In this document: in pieces, positions 47,301 to 56,033 of the stretch
Position numbering within the stretch: the stretch's first letter is position 1
Layout: each line of letters begins with the position of its first letter
From: an uncultured bacterium
GTDB lineage: Bacteria; Krumholzibacteriota; Krumholzibacteriia; Krumholzibacteriales; Krumholzibacteriaceae
Reading direction: 5' to 3'
DNA: 64,000 nucleotides
NCBI GenBank assembly: GCA_963786935.1
Contig: CAWBAN010000003.1
Coordinates: 32,001 to 96,000, forward strand
The notes under the pieces: generated by a model
The model's database searches: none
What the model saw: the letters and a program-made list of their open reading frames with translations, nothing else
Told to the model about the DNA's origin: nothing
Program-made: the position numbers and the translations under genes

Positions 47301-48035
47301 CGGCTGCGAGGTATAGAGCGTCGCCGACAATCCGTCGGAGGAGAGAGTAGCTTCCCCGACGGGGACCGTAGCGTTCGAGTCGACGGCCTCGGTGATGGTG
47401 TAGCTGCCGGGATTCTGGGCGCACTGTTTCAGCACCGGCTCGCTGAACGTGACCGTGACCGAGTTGGAAGTCTCATAGGTGGCTCCCGCGAGGAGCGGCG
47501 CTGTGGTGTCCGGGGGGCAGGCGGCGTTGAAGCAGAGGAGCGAGGAGATGAAGACCGGCTCGAGCGGATTGCCGAGCTCGCACGTCGCTATCTGATAGTC
47601 CCCCGACGTTCCGTTCGCCTCGATCTCGATCCGCGTCTGCTCGGTGTTCGTCAGGATCAGACTCTGATGATGCGTCCATACCCAGTCGTTCTGACAATCG
47701 GTGAACGCGACGCTCGTCCCCGCGTCGAGCTCGCCGAGCTCCACAGCGATGAGGGGATTCAACGTTATTTCGCCCATGATCACGTTCGCAGGGTACGCGA
47801 TGGAGAACTCGACGCCGGCGAGCCCCCGCGCCGTCGGGTGGCAGAAGACGTACATCGTGATTTCGGTCGGGCCGCCCGCGTAATAGCCCTCGTTCGTCGA
47901 CCGGCTCTCGTCGGCGTAGAGCCCGATGGAGCCGTAGTCCGGGGCCTGTGCGAATCCCGGTTGGAATGCGGCAGCCGTCATGATGAAAACCATCGCAGCC
48001 GCCGTCGCAACTCGAAGGAACAACGAGCGTTTCAT
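44364..48035 (-). CDS. Secreted surface protein with seven Ig-like (Big_5/SbsA-type) repeats, two IGLYAD domains and a C-terminal FlgD-Ig-like domain
   Basis: Signal peptide; 7 copies of DxxPP...F(S/N/D)ExV...NY...Y...V.D..GN; QNWPNPFNPSTTI...RKMVLVR. Confidence 0.85.
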   Translation of the reverse strand: MKRSLFLRVATAAAMVFIMTAAAFQPGFAQAPDYGSIGLYADESRSTNEGYYAGGPTEITMYVFCHPTARGLAGVEFSIAYPANVIMGEITLNPLIAVELGELDAGTSVAFTDCQNDWVWTHHQSLILTNTEQTRIEIEANGTSGDYQIATCELGNPLEPVFISSLLCFNAACPPDTTAPLLAGATYETSNSVTVTFSEPVLKQCAQNPGSYTITEAVDSNATVPVGEATLSSDGLSATLYTSQPLISGAQYVVRAPGVYDPWGNAVPSWSTAVFSSIDSDPPQVVSASASADSLLTIVFNEPVRPATATNPNNYRIYRYGTLVPSYAYRAVIAEPKRVVLSFDNLNLLPTQVTLTVKVTNVTDFAGNIISPTYNTASFMVADTSPPFLVAVEALGARLVQVRFNEEVQASSAELTSNYEIELTGTTTTVPVTAAVLQPDRRFVQLSLGADLSLEVEYLLRTNNIHDLHGNVLSVVTWMVFMWHDTYAPVPLSAAPLSRSFVRVGFNEQLEETAAETKANYRMFETATSAIYLPVSSAELEAGGDAVRLSLGAAMKLDVDYTIRIQNVRDLKGNAITTATITTIYPDTFPPVLTGVTPTSAATVELAFDEPIARSTAEDESNYLLFETADPAHVIGIATAALMPDSSRIGLVLAADMTAGVNYTISMSNLTDRAENVMPPGTSRSFTFTDATPPALISAHSSVNTEVLARFSEKLDAATAQDPAHYLVYETANSSATVPVSSAALQSDSMYVLLTLGGTLQEGIMYSLAVSGVVDRAGNPIPALSVVQISRPDLIPPQLSGAEATTLSYVRIAFSEPVTTATAVVTTNYTISPVSFSGPSFHPESVERPNSLTAGLHLSANLEAGATYKVSVSNVTDHAGNPIAPGSEASFSTPYGPPSGTGFIGLYADEFHSTNAINPTAPYTILPMWVWCLPGDAGMMAAEFSVTYPANIIAMTVTFNPAITVTLGSINTDLSLAFGACCDGWTWAVTQNLFVLNLNPSVVRLNAGALFANCATGYPIETGTVISDLSCNAPPVATLLQESASSYGDGAVSVTWRLSRMDGDVRFGVSRREEGAAAYGVPSSDIEADGLLFTYRDGSVVPGKAYRYRVEYTDGSGSHVLFETDRIAIPAMPLALEQNWPNPFNPSTTISYYIPESGRVRLEIFDVSGRRVACLVDKTEERGNHSAVWNGAAESGRPAAAGLYIYRLTAGRETLSRKMVLVR

Positions 48036-48346
48036 GATTTTCGTCGCCTCCTCAAAGACGTGGCAGAACACTGCCGGATGGCGCGCTGAATGAGATTGCC
48101 TGTGTGATCGTAGTCTAGCATAGAAAGTACGCCTTTTCAATTGAAATGCGCGGTTTCATGAGCCTCCCGCAAATCCGCGAGCCCCTCGCAAGGCACTTCA
48201 TCGTTGCGTCGCCGACGGCGTAACCATATACTGATTACGTCATGTCGAGTCCCGATCTCAAATGAAAACGCAGAGGGTCCGGGAGCACGGGCGCTCCCGG
48301 AGGTAAATCGCATAGTCGGGCCGCTATGCCGGAGCAGGTACGGCAC

Positions 48347-50584
48347 ATGAAGCGGGTGCTTCTCCTCATCCTCCCGATTCTCGTGATTATTACCGCGGGA
48401 TTCACGATCCTCGGAGTCATCCAGGTGCGTTCCGTCCGCGAACGGCTCATGGACGATCTCATGCGAAAGGCGCGAGCGGTCGCCGAAAGCACGGAATTCT
48501 CGGCGCGGGACATTCTCAAAAACATGAACATCGCCGAGGCGGGGCGGCTCGTCGAGAGTTTCCAGCAACGCGAGCAGATGCAGGGGTGCATCCTCTACGA
48601 CCGGAATCTCGACGTCATCGCGGTCACCGAGCGTATCGCGGGCTTTAATGAGCCGAGCAAGGTGCACCTGAAGCTCGTGCTCGAAACGAAGACCGCCCGG
48701 GGGGCGCTCGTCCAGCTCGGGGAGTATCCGGTGTACCGATATCTTCAGCCCGTGTTCGACGAGAACGACAATCCGCTCGGCCTCGTGGAAATCGTGTACG
48801 ACACCTCGCACCTCCACAGCACGCTGGCGGGGCTCTGGCGGCGCATCAGCTACACCCTCATCGCGGCCTTGTCCATGATCGTGCTCGTTTCCCTCGTGGT
48901 GGAACGGCAGACCTACATTCTCCCGGTGCGGCGTCTCACCGCGTGGTTCACTCACTTTCAGAAAGGGGAGGTGGACAAGCTCAGCCCGTTCAAGGCGAAA
49001 GGGGAGTTCGGAAAGCTCATCAGCGAGGTCGAGCAGGTCGCGCTGAGCCTCCGGGTGGCGAGACGTGCGGCGGCCGATACCGCGCACGGTCGCCTGCGGC
49101 AGGAGGATCTGTGGACGGAGGCGAAGCTGCGGGATCTTATCAACGCTCGGCTCGGCGAGAACTCTTTCCTCGTCGCGTCGAACCGCGAGCCCTACATGCA
49201 CGTCATCGACGAGCCGGGGGGAGAGGTCAGGTGCGTGAGGCCGGCGAGCGGCGTCGTGACCGCCATCGACCCCATCCTGCGCGCGTGCGGGGGAACGTGG
49301 ATCGCCCACGGGAGCGGCAACGCCGACCGGAAATTCGTGAACTCCCGGGACAAGCTCGGTGTGCCTCCCGGCGACGACCGGTACATCCTCAAGCGGGTTT
49401 GGCTCACGAAGGAGGAGGAAGACGGATATTACAACGGATTCTCGAACGAAGGGCTCTGGCCGCTCTGCCATGTCACGCACACGAGACCCATATTCCGCGA
49501 GAGCGACTGGCGGATGTACGAGCGGGTGAACCGCCAGTTTGCCGAGAGCGTGATCGAAGAGCTGCCGGCGAAGGATCCCTTCGTCTTTATCCAGGATTAC
49601 CACTTCACCCTGCTGCCCCGCATGATCAAGGAGAAGCGGCCCGACGCGACGGTCGCACTGTTCTGGCACATCCCGTGGCCGAATCCCGAGGTCTTCGCGA
49701 TCTGTCCGTACCAGCAGCAGATTCTCGACGGCATGCTGGGGTGCGATCTGATCGGATTTCACGTGCAGTTCCACTGCAACAACTTTCTCGATACGGTGAA
49801 CCGGCTGATCGAAGCGCGCGTCGACGCGGAGAAGTTCAGCGTTGTTCGGGCGCAGCGGGAGACGATCGTCCGGGCGTTTCCGATCAGCATCGACGCGTCG
49901 TTCGCCGACGCACACGAGGCGGACGCGAGCGAGGTCGAACGGATCCGCGCGCGGCTCGGCCTCGAGGGGAAGATCACGGCAGTCGGCGTCGACCGCGTTG
50001 ATTACACGAAGGGCATCGTCGAGCGCATCCTCGCGGTCGACCGGCTCCTCGAGAAATACCCCGAATACCGCGGGAAGTTCGTCTTCATCCAGTTGGGGGC
50101 GCCGAGCCGCACCAACATCAAGCGGTACCACGATCTCGGCGCCGAGATCGACGATCTGGTCCACCGGAAGAATCGGAAATACGCGGACGGGGCATGGCGG
50201 CCCATCATTTACCTCAACCGTCACTTTTCGCCGGCGGAGATCAAGCCGTATTACGCGCTGGCGGATCTCTGCGTCGTGAGCTCACTCCACGACGGCATGA
50301 ACCTCGTCGCGAAGGAGTACATCGCGGCGAAACGGGGATCGGGCGGGATGCTCGTCTTGAGCCGGTTCACCGGGGCGTCGCGCGAGCTCGCCGACGCGGT
50401 GCTCGTCAATCCGTATTCGATCGAGGAGTTCGCGGATGCCATCAGGGCGGCGATCGAGATGCCGCCCGACGAAAAGCGCAGGCGCATGGAAGCCATGCGG
50501 GGAGTGATTGCCGAAAATAACGTCTACCGGTGGGCGGCGAGCATTATTACGGAGCTCGTCTCGCTCAAGAGGAGCGGGGGCTGA
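48347..50584 (+). CDS. otsA: Trehalose-6-phosphate synthase (GT20) with N-terminal TM-periplasmic-TM-HAMP-like region
   Basis: VASNREP, GLWPLCH, IQDYH, FWHIPWP, VDRVDYTKGI, DGMNLVAKEY, LSRFTGA. Confidence 0.92.
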   Translation: MKRVLLLILPILVIITAGFTILGVIQVRSVRERLMDDLMRKARAVAESTEFSARDILKNMNIAEAGRLVESFQQREQMQGCILYDRNLDVIAVTERIAGFNEPSKVHLKLVLETKTARGALVQLGEYPVYRYLQPVFDENDNPLGLVEIVYDTSHLHSTLAGLWRRISYTLIAALSMIVLVSLVVERQTYILPVRRLTAWFTHFQKGEVDKLSPFKAKGEFGKLISEVEQVALSLRVARRAAADTAHGRLRQEDLWTEAKLRDLINARLGENSFLVASNREPYMHVIDEPGGEVRCVRPASGVVTAIDPILRACGGTWIAHGSGNADRKFVNSRDKLGVPPGDDRYILKRVWLTKEEEDGYYNGFSNEGLWPLCHVTHTRPIFRESDWRMYERVNRQFAESVIEELPAKDPFVFIQDYHFTLLPRMIKEKRPDATVALFWHIPWPNPEVFAICPYQQQILDGMLGCDLIGFHVQFHCNNFLDTVNRLIEARVDAEKFSVVRAQRETIVRAFPISIDASFADAHEADASEVERIRARLGLEGKITAVGVDRVDYTKGIVERILAVDRLLEKYPEYRGKFVFIQLGAPSRTNIKRYHDLGAEIDDLVHRKNRKYADGAWRPIIYLNRHFSPAEIKPYYALADLCVVSSLHDGMNLVAKEYIAAKRGSGGMLVLSRFTGASRELADAVLVNPYSIEEFADAIRAAIEMPPDEKRRRMEAMRGVIAENNVYRWAASIITELVSLKRSGG

Positions 50585-50589
50585 TCCGT

Positions 50590-51393
50590 ATGAAGCACCT
50601 TTTCGATCATCGGCGGGAGATCGATGCGGCGCTCGATGGGAGGCGCCTCCTCCTGATGCTCGATTTCGACGGCACGCTGGCGCCCATTGCTTCGACTCCC
50701 GCCGAGGCGGCGATCCCCGCCGAGACGCGGAGCGAGCTCGTGCGGCTATCGAAGATCGCCTCGTGCACCGTCGCCGTCGTGAGCGGCAGGGCGCTCGGCG
50801 ACGTGCGCGACAAGGTGGGGATCGAAGGCATCACGTACGTCGGAAACCACGGGCTCGAGGTTGCGCGGCCGAACGAGGAGCCGCGTCTCCTCGCGCCGCC
50901 GCCGGCCGCGGCGTCGATGGAGCGGTTGCGGGAGCGTCTCGCGGCGGCGCTCGCGCCGTTCGAAGGGGTTCTCATCGAGGACAAGGGCGTCTCGATCGCC
51001 GTCCACCACCGGCTGGTCGGGGATGAGGACCGGACGCGCGTCAAGGAGACGGTTTACGAAACGGTGCGGGCGTCGGCGGGGGAGGGAGAGATCGAGATCG
51101 GCGCGGGGGCGATGGTGCTCGAGCTCAGGCCGCCGCTCGGCCGCGACAAAGGGACGATAGTTTCCGCCATACTCGACGGGGAGGCGAAGCGGGGCTGCGC
51201 CGCGTCGTCGTTCGCGATGTATCTCGGCGACGACGTCACGGACGAGGACGCCTTCAAAGCGCTTCGGGGGCGCGGATGGCCGGTCCTCGTCGGTCGGCCT
51301 CGAATCTCGTATGCGGAATATTACCTCCGCGATCCGCGCGAGGTGGGGGAGCTGCTGGCGATGCTCGCCGGGCGGTTCCCGGAAGCGGGGTGA
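50590..51393 (+). CDS. otsB: Trehalose-6-phosphate phosphatase
   Basis: LDFDGTL, VSGR, GNHGLE, ELRP..DKG, GDDVTDEDAF. Confidence 0.93.
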   Translation: MKHLFDHRREIDAALDGRRLLLMLDFDGTLAPIASTPAEAAIPAETRSELVRLSKIASCTVAVVSGRALGDVRDKVGIEGITYVGNHGLEVARPNEEPRLLAPPPAAASMERLRERLAAALAPFEGVLIEDKGVSIAVHHRLVGDEDRTRVKETVYETVRASAGEGEIEIGAGAMVLELRPPLGRDKGTIVSAILDGEAKRGCAASSFAMYLGDDVTDEDAFKALRGRGWPVLVGRPRISYAEYYLRDPREVGELLAMLAGRFPEAG

Positions 51394-51396
51394 CCC

Positions 51397-52068
51397 ATGG
51401 AGGCATTGAAACGGGCGGAGAAGCCGTTCCGGTTCAGCACGAGGCTTCACCTGACCGAGCTCATGGGGCTCCGGGCGCGGAATTTGCGCGAGATGCTCGA
51501 GAAGCTCCACGAAGTGCCGGGCTCGTGCATATACCATCACACGCACCGGTATCTCCAGCAGCATCAGTTTCTCTCTCCCGAGCCGCCCAACGACTTCGCG
51601 TACTGGGTCACCGAGATTCTCGGGGAGAGCGCGCTCGGGGAGAAGCTCGCGAGCATCGATACGGTCCGGCACCCGACGATCCGAAGCCTGCGGGAGAAGA
51701 TCGTCGGCACAATCGAGGAACATCTCGCGGCCGAGCTGTCCTCACGGCGCAGATTCGCGCGCGAGGGGGAGGAGTTCCATTTCATTAAATCCGTGAGCTT
51801 CATATTGCCGACCCCCTACGAGGCGTACGATCTGCGGGAACTGCACGATATACTCGGCAAGGTCACGGTCGACTCGATCTATTTTCATATGTTCGAAGCG
51901 CGGTTGCGCCTCGAGCGGGGCGCCAACGATTTCTCCTTCTGGATCGAGACATCGCTGGGCGATACAAAGCTCGCCGCCGACATCGCGCGCCTCGATCCGT
52001 ACACGCGGACCCTCGACAACCTGCGCAGGACGATCATGAAGCTCATCGAGCAAAGGATACCGGGATAG
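51397..52068 (+). CDS. DUF5752-like protein with internal duplication
   Basis: Two repeats of F.F...A..L.E...V...(C/S)IY.H...NDF..W....LG...L...LA..D. Confidence 0.75.
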   Translation: MEALKRAEKPFRFSTRLHLTELMGLRARNLREMLEKLHEVPGSCIYHHTHRYLQQHQFLSPEPPNDFAYWVTEILGESALGEKLASIDTVRHPTIRSLREKIVGTIEEHLAAELSSRRRFAREGEEFHFIKSVSFILPTPYEAYDLRELHDILGKVTVDSIYFHMFEARLRLERGANDFSFWIETSLGDTKLAADIARLDPYTRTLDNLRRTIMKLIEQRIPG

Positions 52069-52069
52069 C

Positions 52070-53284
52070 ATGCCGCGCATCGATGAATATGCCCCCATCG
52101 TCGGTCAATCGATCGTCGACGATCTGCGTCTCCTCGGCCGGAAGCTCGAGGGGAAGATTGTCCAGCATATCAACTCGACCTCCGTCGGCGGCGGTGTCGC
52201 GGAGATACTGAACCGCATGGTTCCGCTCCTGCGCGATCTCGGTGTCGACACCCGCTGGGACCTCATCAAGGGAGGGGAGCAGTTCTTCGCCGTCACCAAG
52301 AAGTTTCATAACGCGCTCCACGGGCGGCCGCACGATCTTACCCCGCGTGACTTCGAGATCTTCCGCGAGACGAGCGCCGAGAACGTCCGGGACGTGGACA
52401 TCCACGGCGATATCGTCTTTATCCACGATCCGCAGCCGATCGCCCTCGTCGAGCGCCGGAACGACAACAAATGGCTCTGGCGCTGCCATGTCGACGTGTC
52501 GAATCCGGATCGGAAGGTATGGAGATTCCTCCGCGCGTACATCGACCGCTACGATTCGGCGGTCTTCTCGTCGCCGGCATTCTCCCCGCGGATTCCCATC
52601 AGGCAGTTCCTCATCGCGCCCTCGATCGATCCGCTCAGCGACAAGAACAGGGACCTGCCGGACGAGACGGTCGACGCCGTGCTCGTGAAGTACGGCGTTC
52701 CCCGTGACAAGCCGATCGTGACCCAGATCTCCCGCTTCGATCGCCTGAAGGATCCGGTCGGCGTGATCGAGGCGTACACGCAGGTGAAGCGGTACATCGA
52801 CTGCCGGCTGATTCTCGCGGGGGGCTCCGCGACGGACGATCCCGAGGGAGCGATGGTCCTTCAAGAAGTGAACGAGCGGGCGGCGAACGATCCCGAGATC
52901 CACGTGCTCCTCCTGCCGCAGAACGACCTCGAGGTCAACGCGCTTCAGCGCGCCTCGACCGTCATCGTTCAGAAATCGCTCAGGGAGGGCTTCGGCCTCA
53001 CCGTGGCGGAGGCGCTCTGGAAGGGAAAGCCCGTCGTCGCCTCCAACGTGGGAGGGATCCCGCTCCAGGTGACGCACAAGTACTCGGGGCTCCTCTGCCA
53101 TTCGGTCGAAGGAGCCGCCTTCGCGATCAAGCAGCTCCTGAGCAGCCCCGAGTATGCCCGCAGGCTCGGCGAGAACGGGCGGGAGCATGTGCGCAACAAT
53201 TTCCTGCTCACGCGCCATCTGCGGGATTACATGCTGCTGTTCCTCTCGCTCTATCATCCCGGCGACGTCGTCCACCTCGATTGA
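52070..53284 (+). CDS. treT: TreT-like trehalose glycosyltransferase (GT4)
   Basis: HINSTSVGGGVAEIL, VTKKFHNALHG, IHDPQP, WRCHVD, QISRFDRLKDP, EGFGLTVAEALWK. Confidence 0.88.
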   Translation: MPRIDEYAPIVGQSIVDDLRLLGRKLEGKIVQHINSTSVGGGVAEILNRMVPLLRDLGVDTRWDLIKGGEQFFAVTKKFHNALHGRPHDLTPRDFEIFRETSAENVRDVDIHGDIVFIHDPQPIALVERRNDNKWLWRCHVDVSNPDRKVWRFLRAYIDRYDSAVFSSPAFSPRIPIRQFLIAPSIDPLSDKNRDLPDETVDAVLVKYGVPRDKPIVTQISRFDRLKDPVGVIEAYTQVKRYIDCRLILAGGSATDDPEGAMVLQEVNERAANDPEIHVLLLPQNDLEVNALQRASTVIVQKSLREGFGLTVAEALWKGKPVVASNVGGIPLQVTHKYSGLLCHSVEGAAFAIKQLLSSPEYARRLGENGREHVRNNFLLTRHLRDYMLLFLSLYHPGDVVHLD

Positions 53285-53309
53285 CACGGCGCCTTCCGCC
53301 GATTATATT
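53281..53309 (+). promoter_or_regulatory. Sigma70 promoter
   Basis: TTGACA-17 nt-TATATT. Confidence 0.6.
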
Positions 53310-53376
53310 GATTTCGGGACACCACCACCAAACGCCTGTCGACAGAGGGCCTCCAATCGAGAAAGGGAGGGGAGTC

Positions 53377-53961
53377 ATGAAGACACTGCTCTCAGTCATG
53401 ATCCTTGTCGCTATCATGGCCGGCAGCGCCTGCGCATGCGACGGCATGCTGTCGCTCTACGCGGATCAGTCGGCGACCCAGTGCTCCGCCGCGCTCGCAT
53501 GCTGCCAGAGCCTGCCGATGTACCTCATGTACGTCCGGGGGGATGGGCCGGAGATCGCGCCCGGGATGGCCTTCAAGCTGGAGAAATCGTCGGGGGGTGT
53601 TGCGTTCCTCGAGCCCGAATGGCCCGGGGCGTTCATGACCTACGGCAGCCTCCAGGGGGGCATCGACGTCGTCGTCAGATGCGGCGAGGATTGGTGCTCG
53701 GGCGCCGAGACCGTCTCCTACATGGGGACGATTCCGGTCGTGAACTTCTCCGAGACGGGCACATTCACCGTGAAGGTGGCGGATTCGCCGAACTATAACG
53801 GGGTGATCGTCCTGTTGTGCCAGCCGGCCTATCCGATGTATCACGCGATCGGCGGCACGTTCGTCTTCAACGGCGAATGCAGCACCGCGGACGATCCGTA
53901 CGGCACGAAGCTCGCCGTCGAGACGACGAGCTGGGGCGGCATCAAGAGCCTCTTCGAGTAA
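53377..53961 (+). CDS. Small secreted Cys-rich protein with LYAD domain and TSWGGIKSLFE tail
   Basis: Signal peptide, GMLSLYADQ, C-terminus AVETTSWGGIKSLFE; RBS GGGAG. Confidence 0.8.
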   Translation: MKTLLSVMILVAIMAGSACACDGMLSLYADQSATQCSAALACCQSLPMYLMYVRGDGPEIAPGMAFKLEKSSGGVAFLEPEWPGAFMTYGSLQGGIDVVVRCGEDWCSGAETVSYMGTIPVVNFSETGTFTVKVADSPNYNGVIVLLCQPAYPMYHAIGGTFVFNGECSTADDPYGTKLAVETTSWGGIKSLFE

Positions 53962-54085
53962 ACCTGCAGCCGCCCCGGGGCGATCCGGGGCGGCACATCG
54001 AATCGATCGCTTTCATCAAAATATCATGACAGAATCGCCCCACCTTCTTCGTCTTATTACCGCAGCACGGACGAGGGAGGAATCC

Positions 54086-54607
54086 ATGGACATCGATCGA
54101 CGGCTCGTCGACGCGTGTCGCGGCGGAGACGCCGAAGCGTACGCCGGGCTTGTGAAGCGCTACTCGAGGAGCGTCTTCGCGGTCTGCCTCGGCACCTTGG
54201 GGAACGTTCAGGACGCCGAGGACGTCTCGCAGGAGACCTTCATCAAAGGTCTCGCCCGCATCGGCCAGCTGCGGGACGGCGCTCAGTTCGGCCCGTGGCT
54301 CACGAAGGTCGCCCGCAACCTGTGCCTCGATTACGTGCGAAGGAAGAAGCGAGGCGCGGAGATCGTCGCCCTCTCGGGCGGCGATCGACGGAGCCCGGGG
54401 GACGAGCACGCCGATCTTCGCGAGGCGATCGCCAGGCTGTCCGAAAAAAACCGGCTCCCTCTCATGCTGTACTATTTCGACGGCCGGAGCTCGGAGCACG
54501 TCGCCAGCGCCCTCGGGATTTCGACGGACGGCGCCCTCACGAGACTGAGCCGCGCCCGGAAGGAGCTCAGGAAATTGATCGATTCGGAAGAGGTGTCCCA
54601 TGAATAG
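54086..54607 (+). CDS. ECF sigma-70 factor
   Basis: GDAEAYAGLV, DAEDVSQETF, FGPWLTKVARNLCLD, RLSRARKELR. Confidence 0.92.
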   Translation: MDIDRRLVDACRGGDAEAYAGLVKRYSRSVFAVCLGTLGNVQDAEDVSQETFIKGLARIGQLRDGAQFGPWLTKVARNLCLDYVRRKKRGAEIVALSGGDRRSPGDEHADLREAIARLSEKNRLPLMLYYFDGRSSEHVASALGISTDGALTRLSRARKELRKLIDSEEVSHE

Positions 54608-56024
54608 AGAATGCAAGAGAGCCAGGGGCGATATCGAGCGGTCCTCCATCGAGCCTCTCGCGCGGGAGCGGCAGAATGAAATCGACGCGCATGTCGAGCG
54701 CTGCGCCGCCTGCCGAGAATATCTCGAAGCGATGCGCGGGGACGAGCGGGCGCTGATGAATTTCACGAGCTCGATGGATCCTTCCGTTGAAAGGATCGAA
54801 TGGGAGTCCATCCGCGCCGCGGCGTGCGGCGTCGCGGCCGAACCGGTCGAACGCGCGCGGGCCTGGAGGCGAATCACAGGATCAAGAATCGCCGTTTATG
54901 CTGCTGCTGCGGTCGCTCTCGTCGCCGTGCTCTGGGGGCTCAACCATTATACCGGCGTCTTCGTGGGTGAGCCCGCCTTCGCCGACGTCATGGCGAAGAT
55001 CAATACGGCGGAGAACGTGACGTTCCGCCAGATCATGAGGATCGAGGGGGGAGAGCCATGGACGACGGAGAACATGGCGACGGATACGGGTGTCCTGCGC
55101 TGGACGCTCGGGGGGAACGTCAACATCATGGATTTCAATAAGGGGATCGATCTTACTATGAGTCCATCCGAGAAGCGGGCGACCCTCGTCCGCCGCGTTG
55201 GTCGACCGCCTCGCAAGGGATTATTCAACTACGTGAGCTTTATCTCGACTCTCCACAACGGTCCGTCGGGGAAATTCGTCGGCCGCGAGAAGATCGACGG
55301 CTTCGACGCGAACGTCTTCGCGGTCAAGGACGGTGATTTTCTGTCGATCCGGATATGGGCGGACCCAAAAACGAATCTCCCCCTCCGGGTGATTTGGACG
55401 ATGAAGCACAATCCGGAGCTGGACGTCACCGTACCGAGGATCTCCGTGTACGAGCGCGATTTCGGCGGAGATGTAAGGGTCTCGTGCATACTAACCAGAA
55501 GCGGCACGGGCGGCATTGCGCAGAGTACGGAGATGACGTTCGAGAATTTCGAATGGAACGAGAAGCTCGATCCGGATCTCTTCAGCGTGACGCCGCCGCC
55601 GGGCTACACCGTGAACGAGCAGGATCTCGACGATTCGTACGAGGGGGAGAAGGATCTCGTCGACGCTCTCTCCTTCTGGGCGTCGATGTCGCAGAAGAGC
55701 TTTCCCGAGCAGATCGCCGATTTGTGCGCGGAGGAGAAAGTTCGGCCGAAGCTCATCGAAGCGTACGACAAGCAGGGCGATCCGCATAAGGAATATCAAG
55801 AGGCGCTGACCGCGGCCGGGCTGCTGCTCGACGGTCTCTATTTTTCACAGGACATGAAGGGAAACGGGGACTGGCACTACGCCGGCTCCGGCGTGAAGCT
55901 CGGCGACAAGAGCACGTCCGTCTGCTGGTGGAAGCCAGAGGGCTCGTCGAAATACCGGATACTCTACGGCGACTTGCGTCTGGCCGACATCGACGAGGCG
56001 GATTTGCCCAAGGAGTCCCGGTGA
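54600..56024 (+). CDS. Zinc-binding anti-sigma factor with TM and large extracytoplasmic (LolA-like) domain
   Basis: HVERCAAC (HxxxCxxC), single TM, AFADV, LDPDLFSVTPPPGY; overlaps the ECF gene. Confidence 0.8.
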   Translation: MNRECKRARGDIERSSIEPLARERQNEIDAHVERCAACREYLEAMRGDERALMNFTSSMDPSVERIEWESIRAAACGVAAEPVERARAWRRITGSRIAVYAAAAVALVAVLWGLNHYTGVFVGEPAFADVMAKINTAENVTFRQIMRIEGGEPWTTENMATDTGVLRWTLGGNVNIMDFNKGIDLTMSPSEKRATLVRRVGRPPRKGLFNYVSFISTLHNGPSGKFVGREKIDGFDANVFAVKDGDFLSIRIWADPKTNLPLRVIWTMKHNPELDVTVPRISVYERDFGGDVRVSCILTRSGTGGIAQSTEMTFENFEWNEKLDPDLFSVTPPPGYTVNEQDLDDSYEGEKDLVDALSFWASMSQKSFPEQIADLCAEEKVRPKLIEAYDKQGDPHKEYQEALTAAGLLLDGLYFSQDMKGNGDWHYAGSGVKLGDKSTSVCWWKPEGSSKYRILYGDLRLADIDEADLPKESR

Positions 56025-56033
56025 AGCGCGGTC

